DNA of 40,612 bases from a virus (Duplodnaviria; Caudoviricetes), in the IMG/VR virus record IMGVR_UViG_3300030606_000020, positions 1 to 40,612 of that record; one strand, written 5' to 3'. Numbering within the stretch: the first letter of the stretch is position 1; every line of letters begins with the position of its first letter. A model generated the notes under the pieces. It ran no database searches. It saw only the letters and a list, made by a program, of their open reading frames with translations, and had not been told where the DNA came from. The position numbers and the translations under genes are program-made. Below are positions 9,649 through 20,098 of the stretch, piece after piece.

Positions 9649-10215
9649 TTGTGTTGGATGGCATTGATTCCGATAGCAATCGGCGCAGTTCAAGGGATGC
9701 AGCAAGGGCAGCAACAGAAGGCCGCGGCGAACGCCCAGGCCGGCGCCCTGCGCCAGAATGCGCTTTACCTCAACCAAGCCGCTGCCGATTCCAAGGTGCG
9801 CGGCATGCAAGAGGCCGACTGGACCAGGGTGCAGACGCAAGGTCTGATCGGTAGCCAGCGTGCAGCCATGGCGGCCAGTGGTGGCGTAATCGGCCAGGAC
9901 AGTTATGGCGTGCTCGAGCAGGACGTGGCACAGCTCGGCGAACTAGATGCCCTGACCATCAGCAACAACGCCGCGCGCGAGGCCTACGGCTACGAGGTGG
10001 ACGCCAGTGACAAGCTGCTGACCGCCAAGAACCTGAAGAAGCAGGGCAGCAAGGCGCCAATGATGTCGATGCTTGGCGGGGCGATTGGCGGCGCCAGTTC
10101 ATCGTTCTCCGGTGGCCTGTTCGGCGGCGGCGGCGGGTCTGGCTTCAGTGCTGGCACGCAGACGGCAATCGCGGGCGGCACCAGCCGGCTGAACTACAAC
10201 CAAGGTTATGCGTAA
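9649..10215 (+). CDS. Internal virion (ejection) protein, gp14-like
   Basis: TTG start after AGGAAGG gives MCWMALIP; GSQRAAMAASG and NNAAREAYGY motifs; Gly-rich C-terminus. Confidence 0.8.
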   Translation: MCWMALIPIAIGAVQGMQQGQQQKAAANAQAGALRQNALYLNQAAADSKVRGMQEADWTRVQTQGLIGSQRAAMAASGGVIGQDSYGVLEQDVAQLGELDALTISNNAAREAYGYEVDASDKLLTAKNLKKQGSKAPMMSMLGGAIGGASSSFSGGLFGGGGGSGFSAGTQTAIAGGTSRLNYNQGYA

Positions 10216-10225
10216 GGGGTAAAGC

Positions 10226-12334
10226 ATGGCGATCCAGATTCCAACGCTACAAGGCCCGGGCGTGCGCAGCCGCGGCATCGGGGCGCCGCAAATAAGCGCG
10301 CAGCCGGTCGACGACTCGATGAACCAGCTGGGCCAGCAACTGACCAGCGCGGCCGGCAAGGTATTCCAGAAGTCCATGGAGGACGCCGACAACGCTGCTC
10401 TGATCGAGGCCGAGGCGCAGCTGAGCAACTGGAAGCTGCAGGCCATGTTCAACCCGGAAAGCGGGGTCTACAGCCGCAAGGGTGGCAACGCTCTGGATAT
10501 CACCAACCAGACCTTGCCGCAGTTCGACCAGCAGGCCAAGCGCCTGGGCGACTCGCTGACCAATGAGCGCCAGCGTGCCCGCTGGAATCAGATCGCGGCC
10601 GGCCAGCGCCAGGGCCTGAGTGGTGAGCTGAACCGCTACGAGTTCGGCGAGCGCCAGACCTTCTATGACGAAACCGACAAGGCCTCGCTGGAGTCGGCGG
10701 CGGCTGGCGCCACGGCCTACTACAAAGACCCGCAGCAGATCGCCTACTACCAGAACAAGGGCGCCCGGGTGATCGCCGCCAATGCGCAGCGCAAGGGTCT
10801 GCCGCTTGAAGCCGTGCAGCAGAACATCCAGGCATTCAACAGCGGCATCGCCACCCAGGTGGTGCAGCGCATGGCCGTCGATGACCCGATGCAGGCCCAG
10901 CAGTATTTCGCCACCGCGGCCGAGTACATGACGCCCGACGACCAGATGAAGGTTACCAAGTTGCTCGGCACTGCCGTGCGCCAGCAGATGGGGTCGGAGA
11001 TTGGCACAAGCCTGTGGGAGTCCGGCAATCTGGGCGACAGCGGCTTGTCTGCGCTGATCATCCAGGCAGAGAGCAGCGGCGACCCCGCTGCCGTCTCGCC
11101 GAAGGGCGCGCGCGGGCTGATGCAGCTGATGCCGGACACTGCCAAGGAAATGGCCGCCGAACTTGGCGTGCCGTACAGCGAGGAACGCCTGACCGCCGAC
11201 CCGAACTACAACATGGCGCTCGGCAATGCCTACCTGAGCAAGATGCTGGGTCGCTATGGCGGCGACAAGGCCCTGGCCGTGGCTGCCTACAACGCCGGCC
11301 CCGGCTCGGTTGACGAGTGGCTGAAAGAGAACGGCGACCCGCGCAAGGGCGAGATCAGCCAGCAGGAATTTATCGACAAGATCCCGTTCAAGGAAACCCG
11401 CGAATACACGCAAAAGATCACCGGGCAGATGGGCGGTGACGTGCCGGCTGCCAGGCGCTATGCCGACGCCACCAAACAGGTGAACAAGATAGGCGACGAG
11501 AGGCTGCGCAAGTACGCCCAGGACAAGCTCGACGATCTGAAGAAGGCCCAAGACCTGGAGGACAAAGCCAGCTATGAGGAAGCCGCCAAGGTGGTGATGG
11601 ACCAGGGGTTTAATGCCCTGCCGGCGCAAGAACTCGACGCGCTGTCGGCCGATGACCAAGCCAAGCTAATCCGCATGGACACGCTACGTCGCAAGGGCAT
11701 CGCGCCGGAAACCGACGACAAGAAGCTGCAGGAGTTCATCACCATGCCGACCGCGCAGCTGGCAGAGCTGAGCATCGAGCGGGATATTCGGCCGTACCTC
11801 AACCCTACCGACTTCACGCGCGTGCTTGGTGCTTACCAGAAGGCGCAGAAGGGCGACAGTACAACCCAGGCAGCCCAAGCCGCTGAATACAAGTCAGTGC
11901 AGTCGGTCATGGGCCTGGCCGGCATCCTGACCGGCACGTCGAAGGACGCGCAGTCGGAGAAAAACCGCATGGCCCGCGCCCAGTTCGAGAATTCCTACAA
12001 CCAACTGCGCGATGCCTTCGTGGAGAAGAACAAGGCCGACCCGACCCCGCAGGAGGCGCAGAAGATCGCCGAGCAATTGCTGGTCGAGGTGCGCATGAGC
12101 GGCACCGGGCTGTTCAGCGAAGACTTGATTCCGGCCTGGCAGGTGAAGGCCGGACAATCGCGCAGCGCTTTCGTCGACCCCGAGGATATCGACGTGGACG
12201 AACTGACCCCGAACGAACGCCAGCGCGCCGTCGAGCGCTTGGGCGCCATGGGCGTGCAACAGGTCAATGACGAAACCATTGCAGAGGCATACCTGCAGAT
12301 TCTTGAGGCCCGCGGGCTGAAGGTGAAACGCTGA
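10226..12334 (+). CDS. Internal virion protein with lytic transglycosylase (SLT) domain
   Basis: IIQAESSGDPAAVSPKGARGLMQLMPDTA, AAYNAGPG, IPFKETREY. Confidence 0.92.
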   Translation: MAIQIPTLQGPGVRSRGIGAPQISAQPVDDSMNQLGQQLTSAAGKVFQKSMEDADNAALIEAEAQLSNWKLQAMFNPESGVYSRKGGNALDITNQTLPQFDQQAKRLGDSLTNERQRARWNQIAAGQRQGLSGELNRYEFGERQTFYDETDKASLESAAAGATAYYKDPQQIAYYQNKGARVIAANAQRKGLPLEAVQQNIQAFNSGIATQVVQRMAVDDPMQAQQYFATAAEYMTPDDQMKVTKLLGTAVRQQMGSEIGTSLWESGNLGDSGLSALIIQAESSGDPAAVSPKGARGLMQLMPDTAKEMAAELGVPYSEERLTADPNYNMALGNAYLSKMLGRYGGDKALAVAAYNAGPGSVDEWLKENGDPRKGEISQQEFIDKIPFKETREYTQKITGQMGGDVPAARRYADATKQVNKIGDERLRKYAQDKLDDLKKAQDLEDKASYEEAAKVVMDQGFNALPAQELDALSADDQAKLIRMDTLRRKGIAPETDDKKLQEFITMPTAQLAELSIERDIRPYLNPTDFTRVLGAYQKAQKGDSTTQAAQAAEYKSVQSVMGLAGILTGTSKDAQSEKNRMARAQFENSYNQLRDAFVEKNKADPTPQEAQKIAEQLLVEVRMSGTGLFSEDLIPAWQVKAGQSRSAFVDPEDIDVDELTPNERQRAVERLGAMGVQQVNDETIAEAYLQILEARGLKVKR

Positions 12335-15300
12335 TGCAAATTGATATCGCCGCAGACGTAAGCGAGAGCATCCAGAAGAACCTGGCCGAGCAGGACGCGC
12401 AGGAGATCCAGAGCCAGATCGCCAACCAGCGCCAGGTCAATTTCAAGAGCTCGATGACGGTTGCTGCAGCATTCGAACCGAGCAAGTTCGCCCAGGCCCT
12501 GCAGGTGCAGCGCAAGTCTGGCGTGCCGGCCAAGGTCGCCTATGACAACTGGGAGCAGATCGAGCAGGTAAAGCAGCAGGACAAACTGGCCGGCCTGTTC
12601 AGCCAGTCGCCACGCACCGCAGAAGCCCTGAGCGACCCGAACAACGCCATCGTGGCCAAGGGCGACGAGGACAACCTGCAGCGCATGGAGCAGGCGATTC
12701 AGAAATCCGACTTCTACGAGCAAGGATTCTTCGAGCGGCAAATCGCCGGGCCGATCCGCAAGTGGTGGGACCAGGACACCCTGGCCGACACGCCGGGGCG
12801 CCTGGTGCAGCTGGACCGCATCAGCGAGGACTTTGCCAGGGTCGATGCCGGCGACGACTTCAGCAGCCCGTGGGCCAACGAGTACCGCAACACCGACGAG
12901 GCCGGGCGCAAGGTCATGCGCGACAACGCCAACTTGGAGCGCAACCTGGCGCTGGATAAGGCCCGCGTGGCGCAATACGACCTGAACCAGCGGCCGGTTG
13001 ATCCGGGCGATGTGGCATTTCAGGAAGCTGAAGGCGTCAGCGGCGTGCTGGGCGTAATCGCAGATGATCCGATGTGGTTGGGCCGGGTGGCAGGGCAAAG
13101 CCTGCCAGACATGGGCCAGAGCCTGCTGGCTGGCCTGATCAACCCATTGCTCGGCGGCGTAGCCGAGGGCTCGACCGCGGCGAACTACAAGTTCCTTGAG
13201 GTGCTGCGCGAGAAGGGCGTGGACCCATCCGACCCGGTGCAGCTGCTGCAGGCCCTGCGCGACGACGACCTGCTGAGCGAGGCCAACGAACGGTCGGCGC
13301 GCTACGGTGCCGGCATCGGAGCGGTGTCGATGGCCAGCTTCGGCCTGCTGGGGCGCGTGATGGCGCCCACCACCATTGGCGGCAAGGCGCTGAGCAGCGG
13401 AACGCGCGAATGGATCAATGCCGGCGTGCAGGTGCCAGTGCAGGGCGGCCTGGAAGCGCTTGGCGAGCTTTCCGGGCAATTCGCGGAGCGTGGCCAGGCC
13501 AGCGACATTGACGTGAAGGAGGTGGCCCTGGAGGGCGTCGTCGGCGCGCTGATGGCAGGGCCGGAAGCCGGCGCCTTCGCGACCAAGCGCTTCACCAATC
13601 ACATGATCCAGGCGCGGCGTGCCGAGCGTGCGGCCGGCGTGCAGGGCAGCCTGGTCGCCGGCGCTTTGGAATCGAGCACCCGGCAGAACGACCCGGCCAG
13701 CTTTGACGCCATCGTCGGCCAGCAACTGGCGGGCCAGCCGAACGAGTTCATCGAGATCCCAGCGGCCAAGCTGCAGGAGCTGAACCAGTCGGGAATGGTC
13801 AACATTCCCGAATTGCTGGAGAACGTCGGAATCGATCCGGCGCACTACACCGCCCAAGTCGAGCTTGGCGGCACCATCCGCATGAAGAACAGCAGTTACC
13901 TGGCGTACCTGTCCGAGCACGACGAGCTGCTGGGTAGCAGCGTGCGAGTGACCAGCAACGACTACAGCCTGGATGAAGTGCAGGAACTCGACCGGCAGAT
14001 GGTCGCCGACATGGAGCGCATCGCCGGCCAGTTCGGCCAGGCCGATCAATTGGCCAGCGCCTACTCTGACGTGATGGGCCAGTTGCTGGGCTCTGGCTAC
14101 GAACGCGGCGCCGCCGATACCACCGCCCGCCAATATGCCGCAGTGATGACGCGCTTGGCTGAGCAGACCGGGCAGACCGTCGAGGAAGTGATGGCGGCCA
14201 ACCCGCTGACCATTGGCCGCGAGGTGCCCAAGCAAGTGCGCCGCGTGAAGGGCGACGACCTCACGCTGATGCTGGGCCGGTTGCGTGCCGGCGACATTCC
14301 GCAGTCTGGCGATATGTTCGGCAAGACCCTGACCGAATACCTGACCGCGGCCGGTGGCCTGGCCGATACAGGCGGCGAACTGGCGGCCTTCGATGCTGAC
14401 GTGGGAAAGGTCGGCCGCAACCGCCTGGCGCGCACCGACGGCCAGTCTCCCGATGACGCCGCCATGGCCGCCTGGGAACGCGGCTACTTCCCAGGTGTGG
14501 CCCGTGAAGACGTGACGCCCAACCTGCTGATCGATGCGCTGCGCGAGGAAGCCGCAGGAACGCCGCGCTATTCCGTCGAGCAGGAGAACGCCACGCTGCG
14601 CGACCAGGCCGCTAGCCTTGAGGCGCTGCAGGCGTATCTGGACGAGCAGGGCGTTGATCTGGAAACCGCCACCGACGAGGACGTGCTGGCGTTGTTGCGC
14701 GGGCAGGACTTCGGGCCAGATGGGCAGCGGCTGAACCAAGACTATTACATGGAGCATCGTCCACCAGGCCCTGAAGATGGCGCGCCACTGCACGACCTCA
14801 CTGGCGACGGGAACATCTATCCCGATGACGTATACAGCGCGAACGGGCAGCGGTACTACGGAACCGGAAGCGCTTACGACGCAGAGGCGTTCAAGATCGC
14901 CAAGGCAATGCGTGGCAGCCCTGACGCGGTAGTGACAATCTACCGCGCCGTGCCGGCAAACGCCGGTGACGCGATCAACTCCGGCGACTGGGTGGCGATT
15001 ACTCGCGGCTATGCCGAAGACCATGGTGAAGGCCTGGGCGACTTCAAGATTCTGACCAGTGAAGTCAAGGCGTCCGAGCTGTTCACCAGCGGCGACAGCG
15101 TGCAGGAGTGGGGCTATTGGCCTGGCGGCACTGATCAAGATCAAACGACGCTAAACCAGTCGGCCCAAGGACAGACCGCCCGCGAACTATCCACCCAATT
15201 GGAGGCCGAATTCCCAGGCCTGAAGCTGGACCTGCTGGGCTCTGGCGACCGCATTACCCTGTCGCGTATCACGCTACCGAAGGAAGGCCGCGGCCAAGGC

Positions 15301-18300
15301 GCTGGCACTGCAGTGATGCAGCGCGTTGCTGAGTGGGCAGACCAGAACGGCAAGACTGTGGGGCTGACCCCATCCGGTGACTTTGGCGGCAGCAAGTCGC
15401 GGCTGCCTGGCTTCTACAAGCGCTTCGGCTTTGTCGAAAACAAGGGCAAGAACCGCGACTTCGAGATCAGCGAGTCGATGTACCGGGAGCCGCGGCAGAC
15501 CCTGGAGCAATCCGGCGAAGGCGATGCCCGCGGCTCGATCACCTTCGGCCCGCGCCAAAACGGCGTGCGCCAGTTCGATATCCGCCTGGACAAGCGCAGC
15601 GATCTGTCGACCGTGCTGCACGAAATGGGTCACTACTATCTCGAAGTGATCGGCGATCTGGTTGCCGACGGCAAGGCCAACGAAGCGCTGTCAGGTGACT
15701 ATGGTGTGATCCGCGAGTGGTTGGGTGCAGAAGCCGACAAGCCACTGACCGTCGACCAGCACGAACAGTTCGCCCGCGGCTTCGAGAAGTATTTGGCCGA
15801 AGGCAAGGCGCCGAGCATCGAGCTGCAAAGCTCCTTTGCCCGCTTCAAGCGCTGGCTGACCGGCATTTACAAGGATCTGAAGCGCCTGAATGTTGAACTG
15901 TCGCCCGAGGTGCGCGGTGTGTTTGACCGCCTGCTTGCGAGCGAGGCAGCCATCACTGAGGCCGAGCAGGCCCTGGCCCTGTCCGAGCAGTTCGAGAGCA
16001 GCATCACCGCACTGATGACGCCAGACGAGCGCGCCAACTACGAGCGCGCCAGCCGCCAGGCCCGCGACGAAGCCACCAGCGAGATCGAGCAGGAGATACT
16101 GCGCGCCGAAACCCGCAAGGAACAGGCGTGGTACCGGGAGCAGAAAAGGGCGGTCGAGCGCGAGGTGCGCGGCGAACTGGAAGAAAGCCAGCCCTACCTG
16201 GCGCGCCGGTATCTGTTTGGCAAGACTCCGCACCCGCAGCTCGGTCGCCTGATGCGCCTGGATACCGCGGCGGTAACCGAGCTGTTCGGCACCAAGAGCA
16301 AAGAGGCGCGATTCCTGGGCAGAGCCAGGGCGAAGGAAGGCGGCATTCACCCGGATATCGCCGCCAGCATCCTTGGATACATCAACCCGGTGGAAATGCT
16401 CAACGACATGCGGTCGGTGCCTGGCCTGGCCGAAGCCATCAAGAGCGAAACCGAGCGGCGCATGGCGGCGCGCTACCCTGACCCGCGCGTCGACGGCAGC
16501 CTGGCCGAAAAAGCCATGGCAGCAGTTGGCGAGCGTGAAGCCGAGGTGCAGGCGATCCAGCTGCGCGCCCTGGCCCGCGAGGCAGGCCGCAAGGCGTCGC
16601 AGCACCGCATCATCAAAGAAGCTGCGCGCATGCACATCGCCAAGCTCAAGTTGCGCGACGTGATCCCCTACACCTTCCAGCGCGCCAGCACCAAAGCGGC
16701 CAAGGAGGTCGAGGCGGCATTGCTTGACGGCAACATGCCCAAGGCCTACGAGGAAAAAGAACGGCAGCTGATGAACCTGCACCTATACCGGGAAGCCGTG
16801 AAGGCGCAGGAGCGGGCCCAGCAGAAGCGCGACCAAGCCAAGGCCTACACCAAGGCCGGCGCCAAGCGTAAGCGTCTGCAGGACGCAAGCGTGGAGAACT
16901 ATGAACTGGCCTACCCTGACGGCCGGGTCGAGTATGCGGCGACCAAGGCGGCCGCCAACCTGGCCGAAGCCGAAGGCGCAACCGTCACGCCGATGTTCAA
17001 CTTCTTGGAGCAGGTCGACCAGCTGCTGAGCAAGTACGAGTTCGGCACGCCGCGCCGGGCCATCCGCCAGCAGCGCGAGGCCCTGGCCACCTTCCTGGCC
17101 TCGATGGCCGAGGATCACATCGTCGTCAGCCCGCCCGAGTGGATCCTGCTCGATCGTGCCGAGCGCACCAACTGGAAAGAGCTGACCATCGGCGAACTGG
17201 AAGACGTGGTGGACATGATCCGCCAGATCGACCAGATGGCGAAAAACAAGCTATCGGTGTTGAAGGGTGACAAATGGGCCGAGTTCGAGCCGCTGCGTGA
17301 CGCCATCGTTGCCACTGTCGAGCTGAACGCCTCGAAGGCCCGCAACAGCCAGTTCAACAAGTCGTTCGGCGAACAGCTCAGGACATGGGGCCGCCAGTTC
17401 CTGGGCACGCTGCCGGCTGACCAGATCGCCCGCGAACTGGATGGCCAGGATGACCTGGGCGCCGTGCAGGAGAACATCACCACGCCGGTGCAGGTTGCCG
17501 GGCGCAATGTGGTGATCCGCGAGAAGGCCGAGCACCAGGGCCTGGCTGACCTGATCAAACAGTTCTACACCGACGACCAGATCCGCGGGATGAACGATCC
17601 CGGCAAGCTGATCGCCATTCAGGAAATTGGCGACTCGATGACCAAGATGCAGATGGTCATGCTGATGGCGAACCTGGGCAACGAAGGCAACCGCCAGGCG
17701 CTGCTGAAAGAGGGCCGCGGCATATGGACAGCCGAGACCATCCAGGCCGTCATGCGCCGGCTTGACAGCAACGACGCGGATTTTGTGGAGGCGCTGTGGT
17801 CGTGGATCGATAAGTTCTGGCCAGAGGTGGCTGAGAACGAAGCACGGCGCACCGGCGTGGCCCCGGCCAAGGTGCAGGGCGACCCGTACCCTGTGCGCCT
17901 GGGTGACGGCAAGATCCGCGTATTGCGCGGCGGCTACTTCCCGCTCAAGTACGACGGCGATTTGAGCATCAAGACCAGCCAGGACGAGGCGGCCAACGCC
18001 TTCAAGAACCTGACCGCTGGGCGCACGGCCAAGGCCTACACCCCGGACGGCCACAAGATCGAGCGGGTGGGCTCTGGCGGTCGCCCGGTGAAGTTGGATT
18101 TCGGCGTGGTCACCGGCCACCTGAGCGAAGTCGTGCGCGACATCATCATGACCGACCCGGTCAACCAGGCGTGGCGCTTCCTGCATGACAAGGAAGTGCA
18201 GGGGGCTTTTGAGCGCAGCAACCTGAAGGAGTTGTTTACCGCGCTCGAAATCTGGCTGCAGGACACCGCCGAGGGTGAGCAGGTAGACAGCGGCTATACC

Positions 18301-19335
18301 GCGGCGTCGGCCCGCTGGCTGCGTACCGGCTTCACGGCAAACGTGATGCTGTTCAACCTGGGCAACTCCATGCTCAACCTGGCCGGCACGCACCCGCTGG
18401 TGGTGCTGGGCAAGCGCTGGGCCATGCGCGGCTACAAGGATGCGTTCCAGTCGGCCAACTGGGATCAGATGTATGAGCTATCGAGCTTCATGCGTGAGGC
18501 GCGGACTGATTCCTACAACAAGGATTTGGCCCTGGTGCAAGACCAGATGCGCGGCAAGGGCGGCTGGCGCATGGCGATGACTGCGGCCGGCTTCTGGCTG
18601 CACAACAAGACGCAGATGTTTGTCGATGCCGTCACCTGGATGGGCGCCTACGAGAAGGGCATCAGCCTGGATCTGGTCGGGCAGGATCTGGTGACCTACG
18701 CCGATCAACGGGTGGTCGAGGCCTCCGGCTCTGGCGTGTTCGCCGATCGCTCGGCCATGGAGCGCGGCACCCTGACGCGCAAGACCCGGCAGAACGAGCT
18801 GGTGCGCGGCCTGACCACGCTGGCCGGCTACATGATCCGCAAGATCGCCATTGCGCGGCGGCGCACGGCAGAAACCACCTTTACCGACATAGGCCAAGCG
18901 GTGAACTGGGCGGTCGACATGGCGCTGCTGTTCACCATCGAGGGCCTTATGTTCGCGCTGGTGAAAGGCAACATTCCCGACGAGGATGAAGAGGATTTGC
19001 CGCTGGAGTGGACGAAGACTGCGGCCTGGGAAACCTTCGCTGCTGTTGGTGCCGGGCTGCCGCCATTCGGTCGGCCTCTGGTCGCTGGTGTTCAGGGTTT
19101 CGGTGGCGGCTCGTCGAGCATCGATATCTTCGCTGAGCAGTTCGGTAACGCCGTGACTCAGGCCAAGCAGGGTGACGCGGATGTAACCGCGCTGAAATCT
19201 GTGGTCGCCTTGACTGGTACTGTGACCAAGACGCCTGGTATCGCCACGAACCGCGTCATCGATTGGCTCGACAGGGCCGGTGACGGCGATACGCCGCCGT
19301 GGTGGGAGCTGTTCACCGGCAACCGAAACAAGTGA
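12334..19335 (+). CDS. Large ejection/polyvalent protein (2333 aa) with ART-like, GNAT and zincin (HEMGH) domains
   Basis: Third core-protein slot; VTIYRAVP..GDWV..QEWGY; RGQGAG..FYKRFGF; LHEMGH..HEQFARGFEKY; LRGGYFPLKYD in the C-terminal region. Confidence 0.88.
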   Translation: MQIDIAADVSESIQKNLAEQDAQEIQSQIANQRQVNFKSSMTVAAAFEPSKFAQALQVQRKSGVPAKVAYDNWEQIEQVKQQDKLAGLFSQSPRTAEALSDPNNAIVAKGDEDNLQRMEQAIQKSDFYEQGFFERQIAGPIRKWWDQDTLADTPGRLVQLDRISEDFARVDAGDDFSSPWANEYRNTDEAGRKVMRDNANLERNLALDKARVAQYDLNQRPVDPGDVAFQEAEGVSGVLGVIADDPMWLGRVAGQSLPDMGQSLLAGLINPLLGGVAEGSTAANYKFLEVLREKGVDPSDPVQLLQALRDDDLLSEANERSARYGAGIGAVSMASFGLLGRVMAPTTIGGKALSSGTREWINAGVQVPVQGGLEALGELSGQFAERGQASDIDVKEVALEGVVGALMAGPEAGAFATKRFTNHMIQARRAERAAGVQGSLVAGALESSTRQNDPASFDAIVGQQLAGQPNEFIEIPAAKLQELNQSGMVNIPELLENVGIDPAHYTAQVELGGTIRMKNSSYLAYLSEHDELLGSSVRVTSNDYSLDEVQELDRQMVADMERIAGQFGQADQLASAYSDVMGQLLGSGYERGAADTTARQYAAVMTRLAEQTGQTVEEVMAANPLTIGREVPKQVRRVKGDDLTLMLGRLRAGDIPQSGDMFGKTLTEYLTAAGGLADTGGELAAFDADVGKVGRNRLARTDGQSPDDAAMAAWERGYFPGVAREDVTPNLLIDALREEAAGTPRYSVEQENATLRDQAASLEALQAYLDEQGVDLETATDEDVLALLRGQDFGPDGQRLNQDYYMEHRPPGPEDGAPLHDLTGDGNIYPDDVYSANGQRYYGTGSAYDAEAFKIAKAMRGSPDAVVTIYRAVPANAGDAINSGDWVAITRGYAEDHGEGLGDFKILTSEVKASELFTSGDSVQEWGYWPGGTDQDQTTLNQSAQGQTARELSTQLEAEFPGLKLDLLGSGDRITLSRITLPKEGRGQGAGTAVMQRVAEWADQNGKTVGLTPSGDFGGSKSRLPGFYKRFGFVENKGKNRDFEISESMYREPRQTLEQSGEGDARGSITFGPRQNGVRQFDIRLDKRSDLSTVLHEMGHYYLEVIGDLVADGKANEALSGDYGVIREWLGAEADKPLTVDQHEQFARGFEKYLAEGKAPSIELQSSFARFKRWLTGIYKDLKRLNVELSPEVRGVFDRLLASEAAITEAEQALALSEQFESSITALMTPDERANYERASRQARDEATSEIEQEILRAETRKEQAWYREQKRAVEREVRGELEESQPYLARRYLFGKTPHPQLGRLMRLDTAAVTELFGTKSKEARFLGRARAKEGGIHPDIAASILGYINPVEMLNDMRSVPGLAEAIKSETERRMAARYPDPRVDGSLAEKAMAAVGEREAEVQAIQLRALAREAGRKASQHRIIKEAARMHIAKLKLRDVIPYTFQRASTKAAKEVEAALLDGNMPKAYEEKERQLMNLHLYREAVKAQERAQQKRDQAKAYTKAGAKRKRLQDASVENYELAYPDGRVEYAATKAAANLAEAEGATVTPMFNFLEQVDQLLSKYEFGTPRRAIRQQREALATFLASMAEDHIVVSPPEWILLDRAERTNWKELTIGELEDVVDMIRQIDQMAKNKLSVLKGDKWAEFEPLRDAIVATVELNASKARNSQFNKSFGEQLRTWGRQFLGTLPADQIARELDGQDDLGAVQENITTPVQVAGRNVVIREKAEHQGLADLIKQFYTDDQIRGMNDPGKLIAIQEIGDSMTKMQMVMLMANLGNEGNRQALLKEGRGIWTAETIQAVMRRLDSNDADFVEALWSWIDKFWPEVAENEARRTGVAPAKVQGDPYPVRLGDGKIRVLRGGYFPLKYDGDLSIKTSQDEAANAFKNLTAGRTAKAYTPDGHKIERVGSGGRPVKLDFGVVTGHLSEVVRDIIMTDPVNQAWRFLHDKEVQGAFERSNLKELFTALEIWLQDTAEGEQVDSGYTAASARWLRTGFTANVMLFNLGNSMLNLAGTHPLVVLGKRWAMRGYKDAFQSANWDQMYELSSFMREARTDSYNKDLALVQDQMRGKGGWRMAMTAAGFWLHNKTQMFVDAVTWMGAYEKGISLDLVGQDLVTYADQRVVEASGSGVFADRSAMERGTLTRKTRQNELVRGLTTLAGYMIRKIAIARRRTAETTFTDIGQAVNWAVDMALLFTIEGLMFALVKGNIPDEDEEDLPLEWTKTAAWETFAAVGAGLPPFGRPLVAGVQGFGGGSSSIDIFAEQFGNAVTQAKQGDADVTALKSVVALTGTVTKTPGIATNRVIDWLDRAGDGDTPPWWELFTGNRNK

Positions 19336-19395
19336 CGTCGTAGCGCAGTGGCCAGCATGTCGCTACCATCTGCCAATACTTGAAAAGGGGGTGGT

Positions 19396-19782
19396 ATGGC
19401 CGATCATGTTTGGCAGTGGATAGCGGGGCTGATGGTGCTGGTGCTGGCGGCGATAAACCCGCACGCGGCAGCCGGCGCAGCGTTTGGGTGCTGCTTTTAT
19501 CTGGCGTACCCGTCAGCATCAAGGGGCCTTCGGCGCTTGCTCTACGGGGTTTTTTCTTGGGGCGTGGGGTATGCGGCCGGCGTGTTTTTCTACGGAGAGG
19601 GGCCGCCGTATAGCCAGAAGTCTATGCTGGTCGCTGCGGTTGTCGCGGCCCTTGCGGTGCTTATGTTCATTGCCTGGAGCAGCATAATTCGTCGTGACGG
19701 GAATTTGCCGCCTTGGGTGCAGTCCATCTTGGATATAGTTTTCCCCTATCGCACAAAGCGAGGTGAAAAGAATGCTGACTGA
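19396..19782 (+). CDS. Putative holin
   Basis: Several transmembrane segments; AAAGAAFGCCFYLA and FSWGVGYAAG resemble Pseudomonas putative holins. Confidence 0.7.
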   Translation: MADHVWQWIAGLMVLVLAAINPHAAAGAAFGCCFYLAYPSASRGLRRLLYGVFSWGVGYAAGVFFYGEGPPYSQKSMLVAAVVAALAVLMFIAWSSIIRRDGNLPPWVQSILDIVFPYRTKRGEKNAD

Positions 19783-20086
19783 TATGGGTATGGCGCTGGT
19801 GATTGTCCGGTGCCTGATGCTGCTGGTGATCGCCATAACGCTGTGCTCATACCGCGACCCGACCGCGCGCTACCGCCCCGTTGTCAGCCTGATGGCGACC
19901 ATGGCGGCCGGCAGTTCGCTGGGCTGGGCTGTTCACTCTATCCTCATGCTGCAGCACCAGGCCGGCCCTGATCCCAGGGTCGAGTTCTGGCCTTCGCTGT
20001 TCGTGCTCTGCACACTGGTCCCGGTCCTCTACTCGCGCGGCAATGTGGCCAAGCTGCTGCCCCGTGCCAAATGGCTTTATCGATAA
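19772..20086 (+). CDS. Phage holin family protein (3 TM)
   Basis: YRDPTARYRPVVSLMA...SRGNVAKLL pattern; three hydrophobic segments. Confidence 0.75.
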   Translation: MLTDMGMALVIVRCLMLLVIAITLCSYRDPTARYRPVVSLMATMAAGSSLGWAVHSILMLQHQAGPDPRVEFWPSLFVLCTLVPVLYSRGNVAKLLPRAKWLYR

Positions 20087-20098
20087 GGAGTTGCACCT

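Noticed and set aside
11995-15144. 1049-aa minus-strand ORF and other long antisense ORFs (e.g. 7551-9188, 10247-11659, 28678-29805)
   Set aside because: Shadow frames of GC-rich, codon-biased genes; no recognisable motifs.
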